From Octopus vulgaris (Eukaryota), in assembly GCA_951406725.2 (NCBI GenBank), contig OX597830.1, positions 27,218,001 through 27,282,000 of the forward strand: a DNA stretch of 64,000 bases, in the 5' to 3' direction. The notes under the pieces are model-generated. The model had not been told where the DNA came from, ran no database searches, and was given only the letters and a program-made list of their open reading frames with translations. Each line of letters starts with the position of its first letter. Position 1 is the stretch's first letter. Below are positions 40,687 through 54,436 of this stretch, in pieces. The position numbers and the translations under genes are program-made.

Positions 40687-40973
40687 CTGTCCTGCAATTC
40701 CCTCCCAGATCCCTGCATAGCCTAAACAAATGACTTTTTATTTTTTTTTTGTAATTTTCCTTACTTGTCCTGTTTTTTTTCTTTTTCTCTCTTCTTCTTT
40801 GGCAGATATGGCACATAAAGCGTTGGTCAGGCCCTGGGATCAATTTAATCGGATGATACATACCATTAAAAACTCCTAGCTTTGTGTCTGTCTAAGAAAT
40901 CATTACCTATTTGATATACCGTTAGAGAATGCTAGAGAAAAAAATACCTTGTGGTATTTAGTTATGCTATTCC

Positions 40974-41197
40974 GAGCTGGCAGAAATGTTAGCACGCCGG
41001 GCGAAATGCCTATTGGTATTTCGTCTGCCGTTACGTTGTGAGTTCAAATTCCGCTGAGGTCAACTTTGCCTTTCATCCTTTCAGGGTCGATAAATTAAGT
41101 ACTAGTTACGAACTGGGGTCAATGTAATCGACTTAATCCGTGTGTCTATCCTTGTTTGTCCCCTCTGTGTTTAGCCCCTTGTGGGTAGTAAAGAAAT
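40974..41197 (+). mobile_element. SINE family B
   Basis: Family B head and core, with apparent TSD gtatttagttatgctattcc at 40954 and 41200. Confidence 0.88.
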
Positions 41198-42155
41198 ACG
41201 TATTTAGTTATGCTATTCCAAGTTCAGATCCTACTACGGTCAGCTTTTTTTTTTTCACCCTTCCAAGTTTGATAAAATAACAAACACTCAGAACACTGGG
41301 GGTTTAACCCTTTAGCATTCAGATTATTCTGTCAAATGTAAAGCTTATGTATTCACACCATGTAAAATTAATCTTGTATCATTTCATGGCTTTGAGATTA
41401 CAATGATGTGATTGTTTATTTTTAAAATGACACAATAAGGTAGCTATGAATAACCATATCTGACTAGTTTGAACATAAAATAGGTAGAATATTTTGGCCG
41501 GATATGGCCAGTTTAAACACTAAAGGGTTAAAACAATATATTCTTAAATTTAGTCATGTTTCTTTGTAGTTCATGTTCAAATCCAAACTAAGATCATCTT
41601 TGTGTTTCATCATTCAGGGATCAATAAAATAAAGCACTTGTCAAGTACAAGCATCATCTTTACTTTTCACCTTTCTAAGTTTGATGAAGTTTATACCAGT
41701 TGAATCCTGGGGGTTTGAATAGGATGGCTGTACACTTACACGGAAAATGTTTGTTCCTTGTGCTTAAGATAGAAACAAGTGGTAGTTTCAATCATTAGTG
41801 TAGGGCAGTGATTTGGTAGAACTGTTAGAATATTAAATAAAGGGGTCTTGTGGTATTTTTTCTGGCCCTTTAAATTCTGAGTTCAAATCCTGCCAAGGTT
41901 TATTTTAACTTTTATCCTTTCTGGGTCAATAAAATAAATTACCTGTTAAGTACAGGAGTCAGTGTCATCAACTAATCTCCTACATTGCTTGTCTTGTGCT
42001 TAAGTTAGAAACTATTATTATTATTATTATTTGGGGTCAACTTTGCCTTTCCTCCTTTCAGGGGTCAATAAAATAAGTACCAGTTAATTACTGCGGTCAA
42101 TATAATTGACTGTCCCCTTCGCCAAATTTCAGGCCTTGTGCCTATAGTATAAAGG

Positions 42156-42197
<42 letters not shown>

Positions 42198-42321
42198 TGG
42201 GGTCAACTTTGCCTTTCCTCCTTTCGGGGCTCAATAAAATAAGTACCAGTTGAGTACTGGCGTCGATGTAATTGACTGACCTCTTCGCCAAATTTCAGGC
42301 CTTGTGCCTATAGTATAAAGG

Positions 42322-42359
<38 letters not shown>

Positions 42360-42578
42360 GGCAGTGAGCTGGCAGAATCATTAGCACACTGGACAAAATG
42401 CTTTACATTCTGAGTTCAAATTCTGCCATGGTCAGCTTTGCCTTTCCACTTTTCGGGGGTGGGGTGGGGGGGTGAAGAAAATAAGTACCAGTTTAGCATG
42501 GGTGGATGTAATCAAAAAGCTCCCTTCTCCACAAAATTTTAGGCCTTATGCCTGTAGCCGAAAGGATTATTATTATTA

Positions 42579-42623
<45 letters not shown>

Positions 42624-43987
42624 GTAGTAGTAGTAGTAAGGTGGTGAGCTGGCAGAATTGTTACCCTGCTGGGCAATATGCTTAGCAGCATTTCATGTCT
42701 TTACATCCCAAGTTCAAATTCCACCGAGGTCGACTTTAATTTTCATCCCTGGTGGGGTTCATGTTATCGACTTACCCCTCCACTAAAATTATTGGTCTTG
42801 TGCCAAAATTTGAAATCATCATTATTATTATTATTATTATTAATAGACAACAGGTGATCCGTCCAAGAAAAACAGAAAACTATCGGTAGTTTTTGTTTTT
42901 TTCTATTTTTCTTTTACATGTTTTCTTTCTATTTTATACAATTATTTCCTCCCTTTTTTTTTATATATATAAGAAAAAACGTAATTGATAATAAAATAAT
43001 TTCACAAATTTTGTTTTCTAATTTAAATTTCAATCTTATTAAAAAATGAACTTATTTGTGGAAAGCGCCACCAACATCCCAGATATGATAACCCATTTTA
43101 GGAGAGTTCCAACCGTGGCCACCAAATCTTTTAAAGAGCGTTCCAAATCTCTGTATTTACATGAATAGGTTATGTTGTGTCAAATCAAAAGTGTCAATGA
43201 AAATAGTGCAGTCTATATATGGTCGTGTGAAAAGAGCCAATGGAAAAATGCGTGGTCAATCGTCTATTTTGTCAGTGTGTGTGTGTGTGTGTGTGTGATA
43301 AGAACAACACCTAGATTTTAATGAAATGTTGTAAAATGCATAAAAATAACTCTTCTTGCAATGCCAGCAAAAGAAAAGGAGTTTTTTTTATTTTTTGGCG
43401 ATAGTTCTTTGTTCGAAGGTAAATGGACAGATAGATACCTTTCCATAGAAGTAAATGAAAAATGTGTGTGTGTGTGTGTGTTGTGTATGCATGCATGGCT
43501 TATTTGTAAAGATTTGGGTGTTATTCATAAAAAGTAGAATCTTGAACGCCATTATTTGACCAAGCAAAAGAAATATGGCGGTTTAAATGGTAACATTGTA
43601 TTTAGACGAGCTAGCACTTTTAAAAGAATCTTAATGCAAACAACAATCTATATTCAGAAGACTTATTAGTGAAAATATTTCCGTAGTGTATAAGCTAACT
43701 GCAAAGAAATTGAAACCACACGTAGAGGCAAGTCTATTAACGAGTGAATAGATTGCTACTGCATGAATTTGAACCCCACTGCCGAAAAAACCCCAAAAAA
43801 ACAGAAGCCGCCAACACAATGCGATGGCGTTGCCACAGAGAATGGTCAGCCGAAACTCGTAGCAGCTACACCACCTCGTGGGGTTCGTTTCTCGGGCAGG
43901 CAGCTGTTATCCAGATTTTACGGATGAAGTCGGTATTGTGGGGTTCGAGGACACTTGAAGTCTCGACGGTCACCGGCATAACCTGAT

Positions 43988-44400
43988 AGGCACAGGAGTG
44001 GCTGTGTGGTAAGTAGCTTGTTTACCAACCACATGGTTCCAGGTTCAGTCCCACTGCGTGGCATCTTGGGCAAGTGCCTTCTGTTATAGCCTCAGGCCGA
44101 CCAATGCCTTGTGAGTGGATTTGGTAGACAGAAACTGAAAGAAGCCTGTCGTATATATGTATATATATATATGTGTATGTGTGTGTATATGTTTGCGTGT
44201 CTGTGTTTGTCCCTCTAGCATTGCTTGACAACCGATGCTGGCGTGTTTACGTCCCCGTCACTTAGCGGTTCGGCAAAACAGACCGATAGGATAAGTACTG
44301 GGCTTACAAAGAACAAGTCCCGGGGTTGATTTGCCCGACTAAAGGCGGTGCTCCAGCATGGCCGCAGTCAAATGACTGAAACAAGTAAAAAGAGTAAAAA
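43988..44400 (+). mobile_element. SINE family A, full length
   Basis: Near-consensus copy. Confidence 0.9.
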
Positions 44401-46279
44401 AGATAGTGGCCGGTTACTCTCCTGTATTTATTTATTTTTCTCTCTTATGCATTACAGGCTTTGAAACCGATACCCGGTTTTGTAGCTAAAGCAGCAGTGT
44501 TGGAGCCGGAGAACATGTCGCTGTGCGTCACGTCCCACTTCAGGGATCTGCATCCCTCGAATGAGAAGGTTATTCTGTCGGGGCGATTACCGTCCCCGCG
44601 GTCAAGAGTTAGAATTTGTATTTTGTTTGATAGGCGTTGGAGTGGCTGTGTGGTAAGTAGCTTGCTTATGAACCACATAGTTCTGGGTTCAGTCCTACTG
44701 CGTGGCACCTTGGCCGAGTGTCTTCTAGTATAGCCTCGGTCCGACCAAAGCCTTGTGAGTGGATTTGGTTGACGGAAACTGATAGAAACCCGTCGTTTAT
44801 GTATGAGACAGAAAAAGGAAAAAAGAAAAAGAGGGAGGGAGAAGCGTTTATGACGTGAGGTAGGGGGAATGTAATATTTATTAATTGGTTAAAAAAGTTA
44901 GTTGAGGGTAGAGGAAATGAGTTAAAAATATATAATTTTAGCAGAGAGATGATGTTCTGATGGTGAGGTGAAAGAAAGACAAAGTGAGAGAGAGAGAGAG
45001 AGAGAGCGAAAATGATGGTGGCGGAAGAGATGGAGGTGGTGGTGGTGATTGGGTAGTGAAAAGTGTATTTAAAAAAAAAAACTGAACTTAGTTTTTTATA
45101 ACAGCTATCGCATGTGCATAAGTGTAATTCCGTGAAATATTCACGCTTATTTACGTAGCAGATTTAACGAAATTTAACGAAAGGCTGCATCATATATAAG
45201 AGATATTTTTTGTTTCGTTTATGCGAAAAATGGAAAAATAAGAGTGAATATTTATTTTCTGTGTGCTGTGTATTAATTCTATAAAATCCTGCAAGTATAT
45301 AAAGTGTATATATAAACTGCATTAAGTAATCATCGTATTCCAATTTCTTTCACTGTTCAATGAGTAGCAGATGAGCGACTATCGTTCTATACAGACGCGA
45401 TACAGGCTACACTTCCAGGTTTTTTGGATAAAGTTTTCAGAAGTAACTCAATGGGTTTACCCTTAATCCTGTGAAATAGTCACGGGTCTTGCTAGTCTTT
45501 GTTTAAATATACTGCCAGTTTCACAACTTTATATATCAACTGTTCTTCAATGCCACCATCTAATAAATATGGTGGGGCTAAAAAAAAAATGAAGTATATA
45601 AGGCTGTGACCAGTCAGTACATTATGAATAGCTAAATTCTATGTAGTAGCTCCAAACATGTTTTGGTCTTATTAGACCTCTTCATTAGACTAATTTCCCC
45701 CACAGGTGCATTTACCATAAAATGGATAGTGGTACTCAACCAGCTTTTACCTTTGAAACCCTTTCATTCATATTTTACTCGGGGTGGGTGGGGACATACA
45801 CTTCATAGTCATTCGATGTTTAAAAAAATCCTATTATATTTTTATAATTACATTTTATTAGGAATTGCATAAAACAATCGTTAGAATATTTTGTATATTG
45901 TAGAATTATGACCAATTTATGACACATAAATTTTAGTAACCAAATCTCATATGGATCCTTAAGGGTCATATGTACCCTGGTTGAGAATCACTGGTCTAAA
46001 GGAAGATCCCATGAACTTTAACATTCCCCCCTCCTGCCACATTCTGCTCCAAGACTGGGTTATTTTACTGGGGGCGATTTCTCCCACACCTTGAGGCATT
46101 TCTGTTGCGAAACTTAATGTGAATATGTGAGGGAAAAACACTTTCGAATATCGTTTCGATAGATGGATTCAATCGTTCATCAGAAAATATCATTGATTCG
46201 ACCTGAAACCATTTCTTGAAACTGAACTAATTACATTGTGGAAGAAACATTTTACTATTGAAGAAAAACATAAACTGTT

Positions 46280-46433
46280 GTGGCTGTGTGATAAGTAGCT
46301 TGCTTACCGACCACATGGTTCTGAGTTCAGTCCCACTGCGTGGCACCTTGGGCAAGTGTCTTCTACTTTAGCCGCGGGTCGACCAAAGTCTTGTGAGTGA
46401 ATTTAGTAGACGGCAACTGAAAGAAGCCTGTCG

Positions 46434-46480
<47 letters not shown>

Positions 46481-46675
46481 CTGTGTTTGTCCCCCAAACA
46501 TCGCTTGACAACCGATGCTGGTGTGTTTACGTCCCCGTAACTTAGCGGTTCGGCAAAAGAGACCGATAGAATAAGTACTAGGCTGACAAAGGATAAGTCT
46601 TGGGGTCGATTTGGTCGACTAAAGGCAGTGCTCCAGCATGGCCACAGCAGTCAAATGACTGAAACAAGTAAAAGA
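46280..46675 (+). mobile_element. SINE family A
   Basis: Near-consensus copy. Confidence 0.9.
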
Positions 46676-46764
46676 GTTTATTAATAATATCTTGGGTTAC
46701 CAGAAGTTTTGCCCAACCAACTGCAACCTTGTCATCGACCCACATTCACTGAATTATATTAGTT

Positions 46765-47777
46765 ACTAGCAGTATCACCCGGCGTTGCTCGGGTTTGTAA
46801 GGGAAATAACTATATAAGCATTTTTAGAGAGTTATAGCCAAAAAATAGCAAAAAAAAATGCATCAAAAATGGAAAAAAAATTATGGTAAATTTTTTTTTA
46901 AATCGTTGACTCATCGTAGACATTTTTAGAAAGTTACTTCCCTTATATAATAGCGAAAAAATGCATTAAAATGGAAAAAAAATGATGGTAATTTTTTTTT
47001 TTAAATCGTTGACTCATCGTAGACATTTTTAGAAAGTTACTTCCCTTATATAATAGCGAAAAAATGCATTAAAATGGAAAAAAATGATGGTAAATTATTT
47101 TTTAAAATCGTAGACTCATCGTAGACGCGCGTTAATACCCAGAAGGGCTCGATATGAATCACGACTATAAGATACCCGGTTTTGGTTAAGCTGCACCGCA
47201 AAATGTGGGAGTAGTTAGGAATCTAAATCGTAGGAGACAGACACACAACTTGACTTTTATATATAAAGACTAGCAGTATCGCCCGGCGTTGCTCGGGTTT
47301 GTAAGGGAAATAACTATATAAGCATTTTTAGAGAGTTACTTCCCTTATAAATTCGGGCTTTCTTAGCCATTTTTGTTTTGGTGTCTTCAAGCCATGAAGT
47401 CGTTGTTCTAAAAGAACGCTAGTTTCCTTCACAACGCATTACGACGTTGATTTCTTTACACTCCCTTCCCCACAGCTTCACGAGGGAGGGAAGGGGAGAA
47501 GCAAACAGGTGCAGCTGTGAGCGTGGACGCCAACTCCGCCGCCATCGACATACGATGCATTTTATGCATTAAAATGGAATAAAAAATGATGTTAAATTAT
47601 TTTTAAAATCGTAGACTCATCGTTGACGCGCGTTAATACCCAGAAGGGCTCGATATGAATCACGACTATAAGATACCCGGTTTTGGTTAAGCTGCACCGC
47701 AAAATGTGGGAGTAGTTAGGAATCTAAATCGAAGGGGACAGACACTCACACAACTAGAGTTTTATATATATATAGAT
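46765..47777 (+). mobile_element. Head-to-tail dimer of a non-autonomous Helentron/Helitron-type element
   Basis: Both units start ACTAGCAGTATC(A/G)CCCGGCGTTGCTCGGG (46765, 47269) with a CCCG/CGGG hairpin and end TTTTATATATA(A/T)AGA. The first unit has ~102-bp internal tandem repeats. Confidence 0.75.
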
Positions 47778-48216
47778 ATGGCATTGGCGGTGTCCCAGCA
47801 TGACCATAACCCTCGAGCTAAAACTAGTAAAAGAGTAAAAGAGAGTATAGAGGGCAGTGAAATACTCGAGAGAAAAAGCATGTCATTTTGTCATTGTAGA
47901 TCCTCGGGTAGACTGTATTTTCAACACTTAGTCTCAGAAAACTAGGGAGTTTTCCTATAAATTTCTTTTCAACTGTGGTCGCCTTCGCAGGTTTGTTGGT
48001 GAAGAGGACAGGGGCCTGGCTCCCACGCGGTGTTTGTAACTAACACTCAGTCACGGAACATTTAGAATTTACATATTCGACTGTTGAAAGAAAAAAAGGT
48101 TTCGCTGTTTGTTATAACAAACAGGAGCCGAGGGAGACCGAAAATGTCTCTAGGGCAAGAGAAAGAATTTGACGAAATAACACTAGCACACACACACATG
48201 TATGTTTATTCAAACA

Positions 48217-48263
<47 letters not shown>

Positions 48264-48317
48264 ATTTATTTAACATATATATGTATACGTATTTATACTT
48301 ATATATGTATGTATGTA

Positions 48318-48365
<48 letters not shown>

Positions 48366-48779
48366 TATATAGACATACATATATACATGTATGTGTGTGT
48401 GTTTATATATATATGTATGTATTTATGTATGTATGTACGTATGTGTATGTGTATGTATAAATAGATAGATAGATATTTATGTATATATCAGAAAAAAAGG
48501 ATACACACAATTTCACTAGTTAGGGTGTACTGACAGTTTCTCAACGTTTTATTATCGCTGTGAAACAGAATAGTTAAATTCTTTGCATTTTTTCAAACAT
48601 ATTATGTACTCAAAATGATAGTGAATACTTCAATTTCTGCTGAAAATATACCCAAAACCACACACGCTCAGGAATACACACATGTAAATATTCATACATA
48701 GGTATACATATATGTATGTATGCATGTATGTGTGTGTGTGTATGAATGTATCTATGTACGTCTGTATCTACTCAGAGAT

Positions 48780-48940
48780 TCTCCGACAAGGTGTCCAGTC
48801 CAATGTAAACGGTGCTTTAGCAACCATTGCCTCAATGCTCAGGCTTTCGGCTCTCGTCAAGACCTCTGTGTTTGGCTGTAGTTTGCAAGGATCAGCCAAC
48901 ATTTAGGCATCGCTGGTGGATCCTTTACATGATGCCTGTA
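48780..48940 (-). mobile_element. RTE/BovB LINE fragment
   Basis: Minus strand HQRCL..NTEVLTRAESLSIEAM..LKHRLHWTGHLV with frameshifts. Confidence 0.7.
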
Positions 48941-49270
48941 AAAGGTTCATATCTCACATAAATAAAGGAGGTACGTTAGCACACACGCAACTTTTGCTCG
49001 CCTTGTGATGCCATGTTGTAAGGACCGTAACTATGTACCACGTCGCATATTTCCGTAATTCTACCGTCGTTGCTGTGTTAACGTCCTCGCAAGTTAGCGA
49101 TTCGGCAAAAAGGCAACGACAGAATAAGTACCATGCTTAAATAAAAAGGTACTGGAGAAGGGGAAGGGCATTAATTCGACAAAAAGTTCGGTACCTCCGC
49201 ATGACCGCAATCAAATCACTGAAACAAGGAAAATGTAAAACAAAAAAAAAAACGTATAAGACAAATAGCA

Positions 49271-50561
49271 GGATTCTGGTTTAAACACCCCATATAATCC
49301 CATATAATCCGGCAGAACTTTCTTTTACGTTTTAGAATTTTCAGAAAATTTTTGCGAATTTCGTTTCTACACAGGGAAATTCATACGATAATGAAAAAAA
49401 TAAAATGTTTTCGATCTTATTTTAAAGCAACCCTCCGCCCCATAAATCCTAAAAGTTCCACTCGTTATTGAATTTAAAAAAAAAAGATTCTTTTATTCTT
49501 TTATTCTTTTACTTGTTTCTGTCATTTGATTGCGGCCATGCCGCAGCACCGCCTTTAGTCGAAAAAGTCGATCGCAGGACTTATTCTTTGTAAGCCTAGT
49601 ACTTATTCTGTCGGGCCCTTTTGCCGAACCGCTACGTTACGGGGACATAAACACCAAGATCGGTTGTCAAGCGACGTTTGGGGGATGGGAGACAAACACA
49701 CACACAAATATATTTGTATGTATATATATATATATACATACATACATACTTTCATTCTTTTGTTGTCTTACCATTTCTATCAATATATATATATATTTAT
49801 ATATAAAGATAGATATATAATATATTAATAAATAAAACATATGCATATATATATACATATATGTACGTACCTACCTCTACATGTATATATACACGCATAT
49901 ATGAGTACAGGACACCAAAAAAACGTCGAACACAATGAGAAACGAAAACATAGACACAAACCCAAGGAACTGGACATTTTTCTTAAACAACAAACAAAAT
50001 AGAGTACAGGACAAATAACACAAGGAAAAAACCCCTTCTTCAGTCGCCATGGTTTCATCTACTCTACGTTTCGAAGGTGAAGGCGAGACGTATCTTCGAT
50101 AGAAACTTTCCTTCCTGCGAAAAGCAAATCAAATAAAATTTGAGATCTTTTTGCAGAGGAGTAAAAATGGTAACAAAAACAGGACAGTAACGACAGTACA
50201 AAATATAAGCAGTAAAAGACAGGACAAGGAAAATAACAAGACAAGAAGGGCTGTTAACGCTGAACGAAAAAATGTATTACGAACGCTATTTCTGTGGACG
50301 GCGAAGGGGGCAAAGAAAATTGCCGTCCACACCTCAAGAAGGTCAGGCGAGAAAGAAGGTGGCAAGGCTCTCGTCGCGGGTTAACGGCGGGAGGGAGGAG
50401 GAGGAGTAAGAGAAAGGGGAATGGTTGTGAGGAAACCAGAAAGAATGAAGAATGAGAGAGAGAGAGTGAAGAATGAGAGAGAGGGAGAGACAGTTAAGTA
50501 GAAGAAAAGGAAATCAAAGAATGAAGGCTGAGAAAGGGAGCGTACAGAAAGGTTAAGAGTG

Positions 50562-50607
<46 letters not shown>

Positions 50608-51740
50608 GACGGGCTTCTTTCAGTTTCCGTCTACCAAATCCACTTACAAGGCTTTGGTCGGCCCGAGACTATAGTAGAAAACACTCGTCCAAGGTGCCAC
50701 GCAGTGGGACTGGACATGGAACCATGTGGTTGGGAAGCAAGCTTCTTACCACATACCCACTCCTACGCCGCAGTGTTTAAAATACGGACAGTCCAGATTT
50801 TTTACTTAAATCCCACCATGACCACCCCTGGGTGCATCATCATTTCATTACATGTGTTTAGGGAGAGAAAAATATTTAGGAACATCAATATATGTCAGTG
50901 TGACAAAGAAACGAGGAAGATATCTGGTGGTCGTGAGATGTGCTAAATACAACAACCAAATCGCCCTTAAATAACACACAAGAGAAAGAAAAAAGGATTG
51001 TTTTCTTCTGAATAATCGTTAGAATTCTCGACAGGTTTGGCTACAGCGCGTCATCAGTCTCCGGATCGGAACCCTGGTTCTGCCAAGAATTGAATTAGTG
51101 TTAAATGAACTGCTGTTGGTTTCTGTAACAGGTGTTTCTTTACGTGTATAGGGTGTTAGCCTATAGCACAAGCCCCGAATCTGGAGGGCCGATGTGGTAT
51201 ACTTTAGTCTGACTCCTCCTCTTCGACCAAACCAGCAAGGTTAAACCTACCAGGGAAACACGTCTCCCCATTGACACACGCTCTAGGGATCATAAGTGTA
51301 CGCAAGCCTCCCTGCCACGTCAAGACCACACACAGGGAGCCCATACGTGTTCAGATTAGATGAAGGAAATGGAGATAGATCGGAGACATACTGCGGAAAG
51401 AACCCTCAAATGTGACACGACAAGCACTTGACTGGAACCCGCAAGGGAAAAGGAAGCGAGGACGCCCGAAGCAGACATGGAAGCGGAGCATTTTGGACGA
51501 GCTCAGGACCACCGGTCTGACATGGGAAGCAGCCAAGAAACACGCCAAAGACCGCAAAAAGGGGAAAACAACTGTTGGGGCCCTATGCTACACAAGGGGC
51601 AAACAGGATTAAGAAGAAGAAGAATTCCCGAATGTAGAACAAAAAATTCGCAAAAATTTTCTAAAAATTCCAAGTTAAGAATTTATGAGGAATTATATGG
51701 GTGCTATGGGGGTGTTATGGGGGTACTTAAACCAGAATTC
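49271..51740. mobile_element. DNA element with ~110-bp imperfect TIRs hosting nested insertions
   Basis: GGATTCTGGTTTAAACACCCC..AATTTTTGCGAATTT..TTCTACA versus TGTAGAA..AAATTCGCAAAAATT..GGGGTACTTAAACCAGAATTC. Superfamily unclear. Confidence 0.6.
51032..51620 (+). mobile_element. Non-autonomous bipartite RTE retroelement (5'UTR-like part fused to ORF 3' end)
   Basis: RKWR.IG..LRK..NVTRQALDWNPQGKRKRGRPKQTWKRS...ALC*; (GAA)n tail; TSD agaattc(t/c)cga at 51021 and 51621. Confidence 0.8.
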
Positions 51741-51807
51741 AGCTAGACAAACTTCTATGACCTCTACTATATAGGTTCTAGTAGTTTATTATTGTTTATA
51801 TTATTCG

Positions 51808-52030
51808 GACTGGCAGAATCGTTAGCACGCCGGGCGAAATGCGTAGCCGTATTTCGTCTGTTGTTACGTTTTGGGTTCAAATTCCGCCGAGGTCGTCTTT
51901 GCCTTTCATCCTTTCGGGGTCGATAAATTAAGTTCCAGTTACGCACTGGGGTCGATGTAATCGACTTAATCCCTTTGTCTGTCCTTGTTTGTCCCCCTCT
52001 GTGTTTAGCCCCTTGTGGGTAATAAAGAAA
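51808..52030 (+). mobile_element. SINE family B, CpG-intact copy
   Basis: Near-consensus copy. Confidence 0.88.
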
Positions 52031-52440
52031 TATATTATTACTTGGAATCATTACTAAACATTATAGACCCTTAAATATTTTAGCCAACAAACGATGGTTG
52101 AGAAGTACAACTAAACTTTTGTCAGTCGCTGTTCTTTCAATAAAGCATTTGATCCTATCAACAGCGCTCTGCATAATCAATTCAAAAACCATCAACCCGT
52201 TCGGGCAGTCACCCTTAACTGAATACCTTTCCACTGACGTAGTTACTTATATTACCGGAAAACACACACGAACAGACACGGGACTCTTATACAATAATGG
52301 ATAAGCAACAAATGCTTACACGCAAACATACTTATATAGATATATACTTACGCACATGCACGCACGCATATACACACACACTTATATATATATATATATA
52401 TACATACATACATACATACATACATACATACATACATACA

Positions 52441-52476
<36 letters not shown>

Positions 52477-52498
52477 TGTGTGTGTGTGTATGTGTGTG

Positions 52499-52642
<144 letters not shown>

Positions 52643-52741
52643 CATACACAAATAAATAAAATAAAAAATGTATAAGATAAAAAATAAAATGTTTGTGTAT
52701 ATATCTATGTATATGTATGAACATGTAAATATATACATATA

Positions 52742-52781
<40 letters not shown>

Positions 52782-52847
52782 GTACATATATGTAGTATGT
52801 GTATATATGGGTGTGTATATTTATATCTATATTTGTGTTTGTCCAAA

Positions 52848-52903
<56 letters not shown>

Positions 52904-52965
52904 TACATATTCATATGCATATACGTGTGTGTATGTACACATGTAAATATATACATATATGTATA

Positions 52966-53004
<39 letters not shown>

Positions 53005-53017
53005 CGTGTATGTAGTA

Positions 53018-53050
<33 letters not shown>

Positions 53051-53088
53051 TGATAAAAATGGTGTGTGATTGTGTGTATGTTTGTATA

Positions 53089-53134
<46 letters not shown>

Positions 53135-53293
53135 TCATGTGTAGGTATCAACATCCTTATGCACAGCAGGAACTTCCATTGTTAGGAGGTAGGCTGTCGG
53201 ATGGGGAGAAGGAAACTGTGCTAGTGTATATATATGTGAGGTGACTGCGTCCTGGTGTGCAGTACTTATAGATTATGTGAGCGTGCGTATATA

Positions 53294-53324
<31 letters not shown>

Positions 53325-53855
53325 GCATATATATATTTGAATATATATGTGTATATACATACGTGTGTGCACATATGCTTTTTTTTATATATGTATTAAT
53401 TATAGTAGTAGCAGTAGTAGCAGGGGCAGCAGCAGCAGCAGCGAATGGAGGGCGCTATTATATGGATGTTAGTTTTTGACTCAGTCACCTGGTACAGATG
53501 TCAAATCATAAAAAGATAAACAACCGCAACAAACTGACATGAAACCCTGGCCACCTACCGGGTTTCGGGCGGAGCAGATTCGCTCCAGCGAGACCCGAGT
53601 GGAAGACGATGTGTGTTTTTCTCGAATATTGTTTTACTGACATCCACCCTGAATCACCATTACTACCGCCCCCACCACCACAACCACAACCACTGCCGCC
53701 GCCGCCGCTACCACACCGACAACGATGACGATGATTGCTGCCACCACCACCACCACCACCACCACAATCACCTCGACCACCGCAACCACCACCATCACCA
53801 CCATACCCGACTTTTTCACGCAGGACGCCCAAATGTCTTCGCTCATATTCTTCGC

Positions 53856-53897
<42 letters not shown>

Positions 53898-53997
53898 CTC
53901 TTTCTTTCTTTCTTTCCTTCCTTTCCTTCTTCGTTTCTTTCTTTCCTTCTTCCTCCCTTATTTCCTTCCTTCCTTCCTTTCTTTCTTTCTTCCATTC

Positions 53998-54064
<67 letters not shown>

Positions 54065-54436
54065 ATCTTTCTTTCCTTCTTTCTTTCCTTCCTTCCTTCC
54101 TTCCTTCCTTCCTTCCTTCCCTTCCTTCCTTCCTTCCTTCCTTCTTTCTTTCTTTCGTTTTACTTACTCTCTTTCCTTTTATTCTTTATCTTCTTTTCAT
54201 TCTCTTGTTCTCTTGCTCTTTTTTCCTTTCTCTGTTTCTTTTCTTTTATCTCTGCTTCTTTGTTTCTTTATTTCTACCGTTTGTTTCATTCTTTCTTTCT
54301 TTCCTTTCTTTCTTCCATCGCTTTACTCATTTTTTCTACTCTCCCTTCCTTCCTGTCTTCCTTTCTTCGTTCCTTCGTTCCTTCCTTTCTTCCTTCCTTC
54401 CTTCCTTCGTTCCTTCGTTCCTTCCTTCCTTCCTTC
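53856..54436. repeat. (CTTT)n/(CCTT)n polypyrimidine tract
   Basis: Direct reading; source of the spurious 334-aa ORF. Confidence 0.97.

Noticed and set aside
41623-41633. AATAAA poly(A) signals for FAM92
   Set aside because: They lie in SINE B-derived sequence where this word is common; the 3' end cannot be assigned without RNA data.
47991-48098. Exon-like block ttcgcag|GTTTG...AAAG|gtttcg
   Set aside because: Stops in all three frames and no recognisable homology; cannot be supported as CDS.
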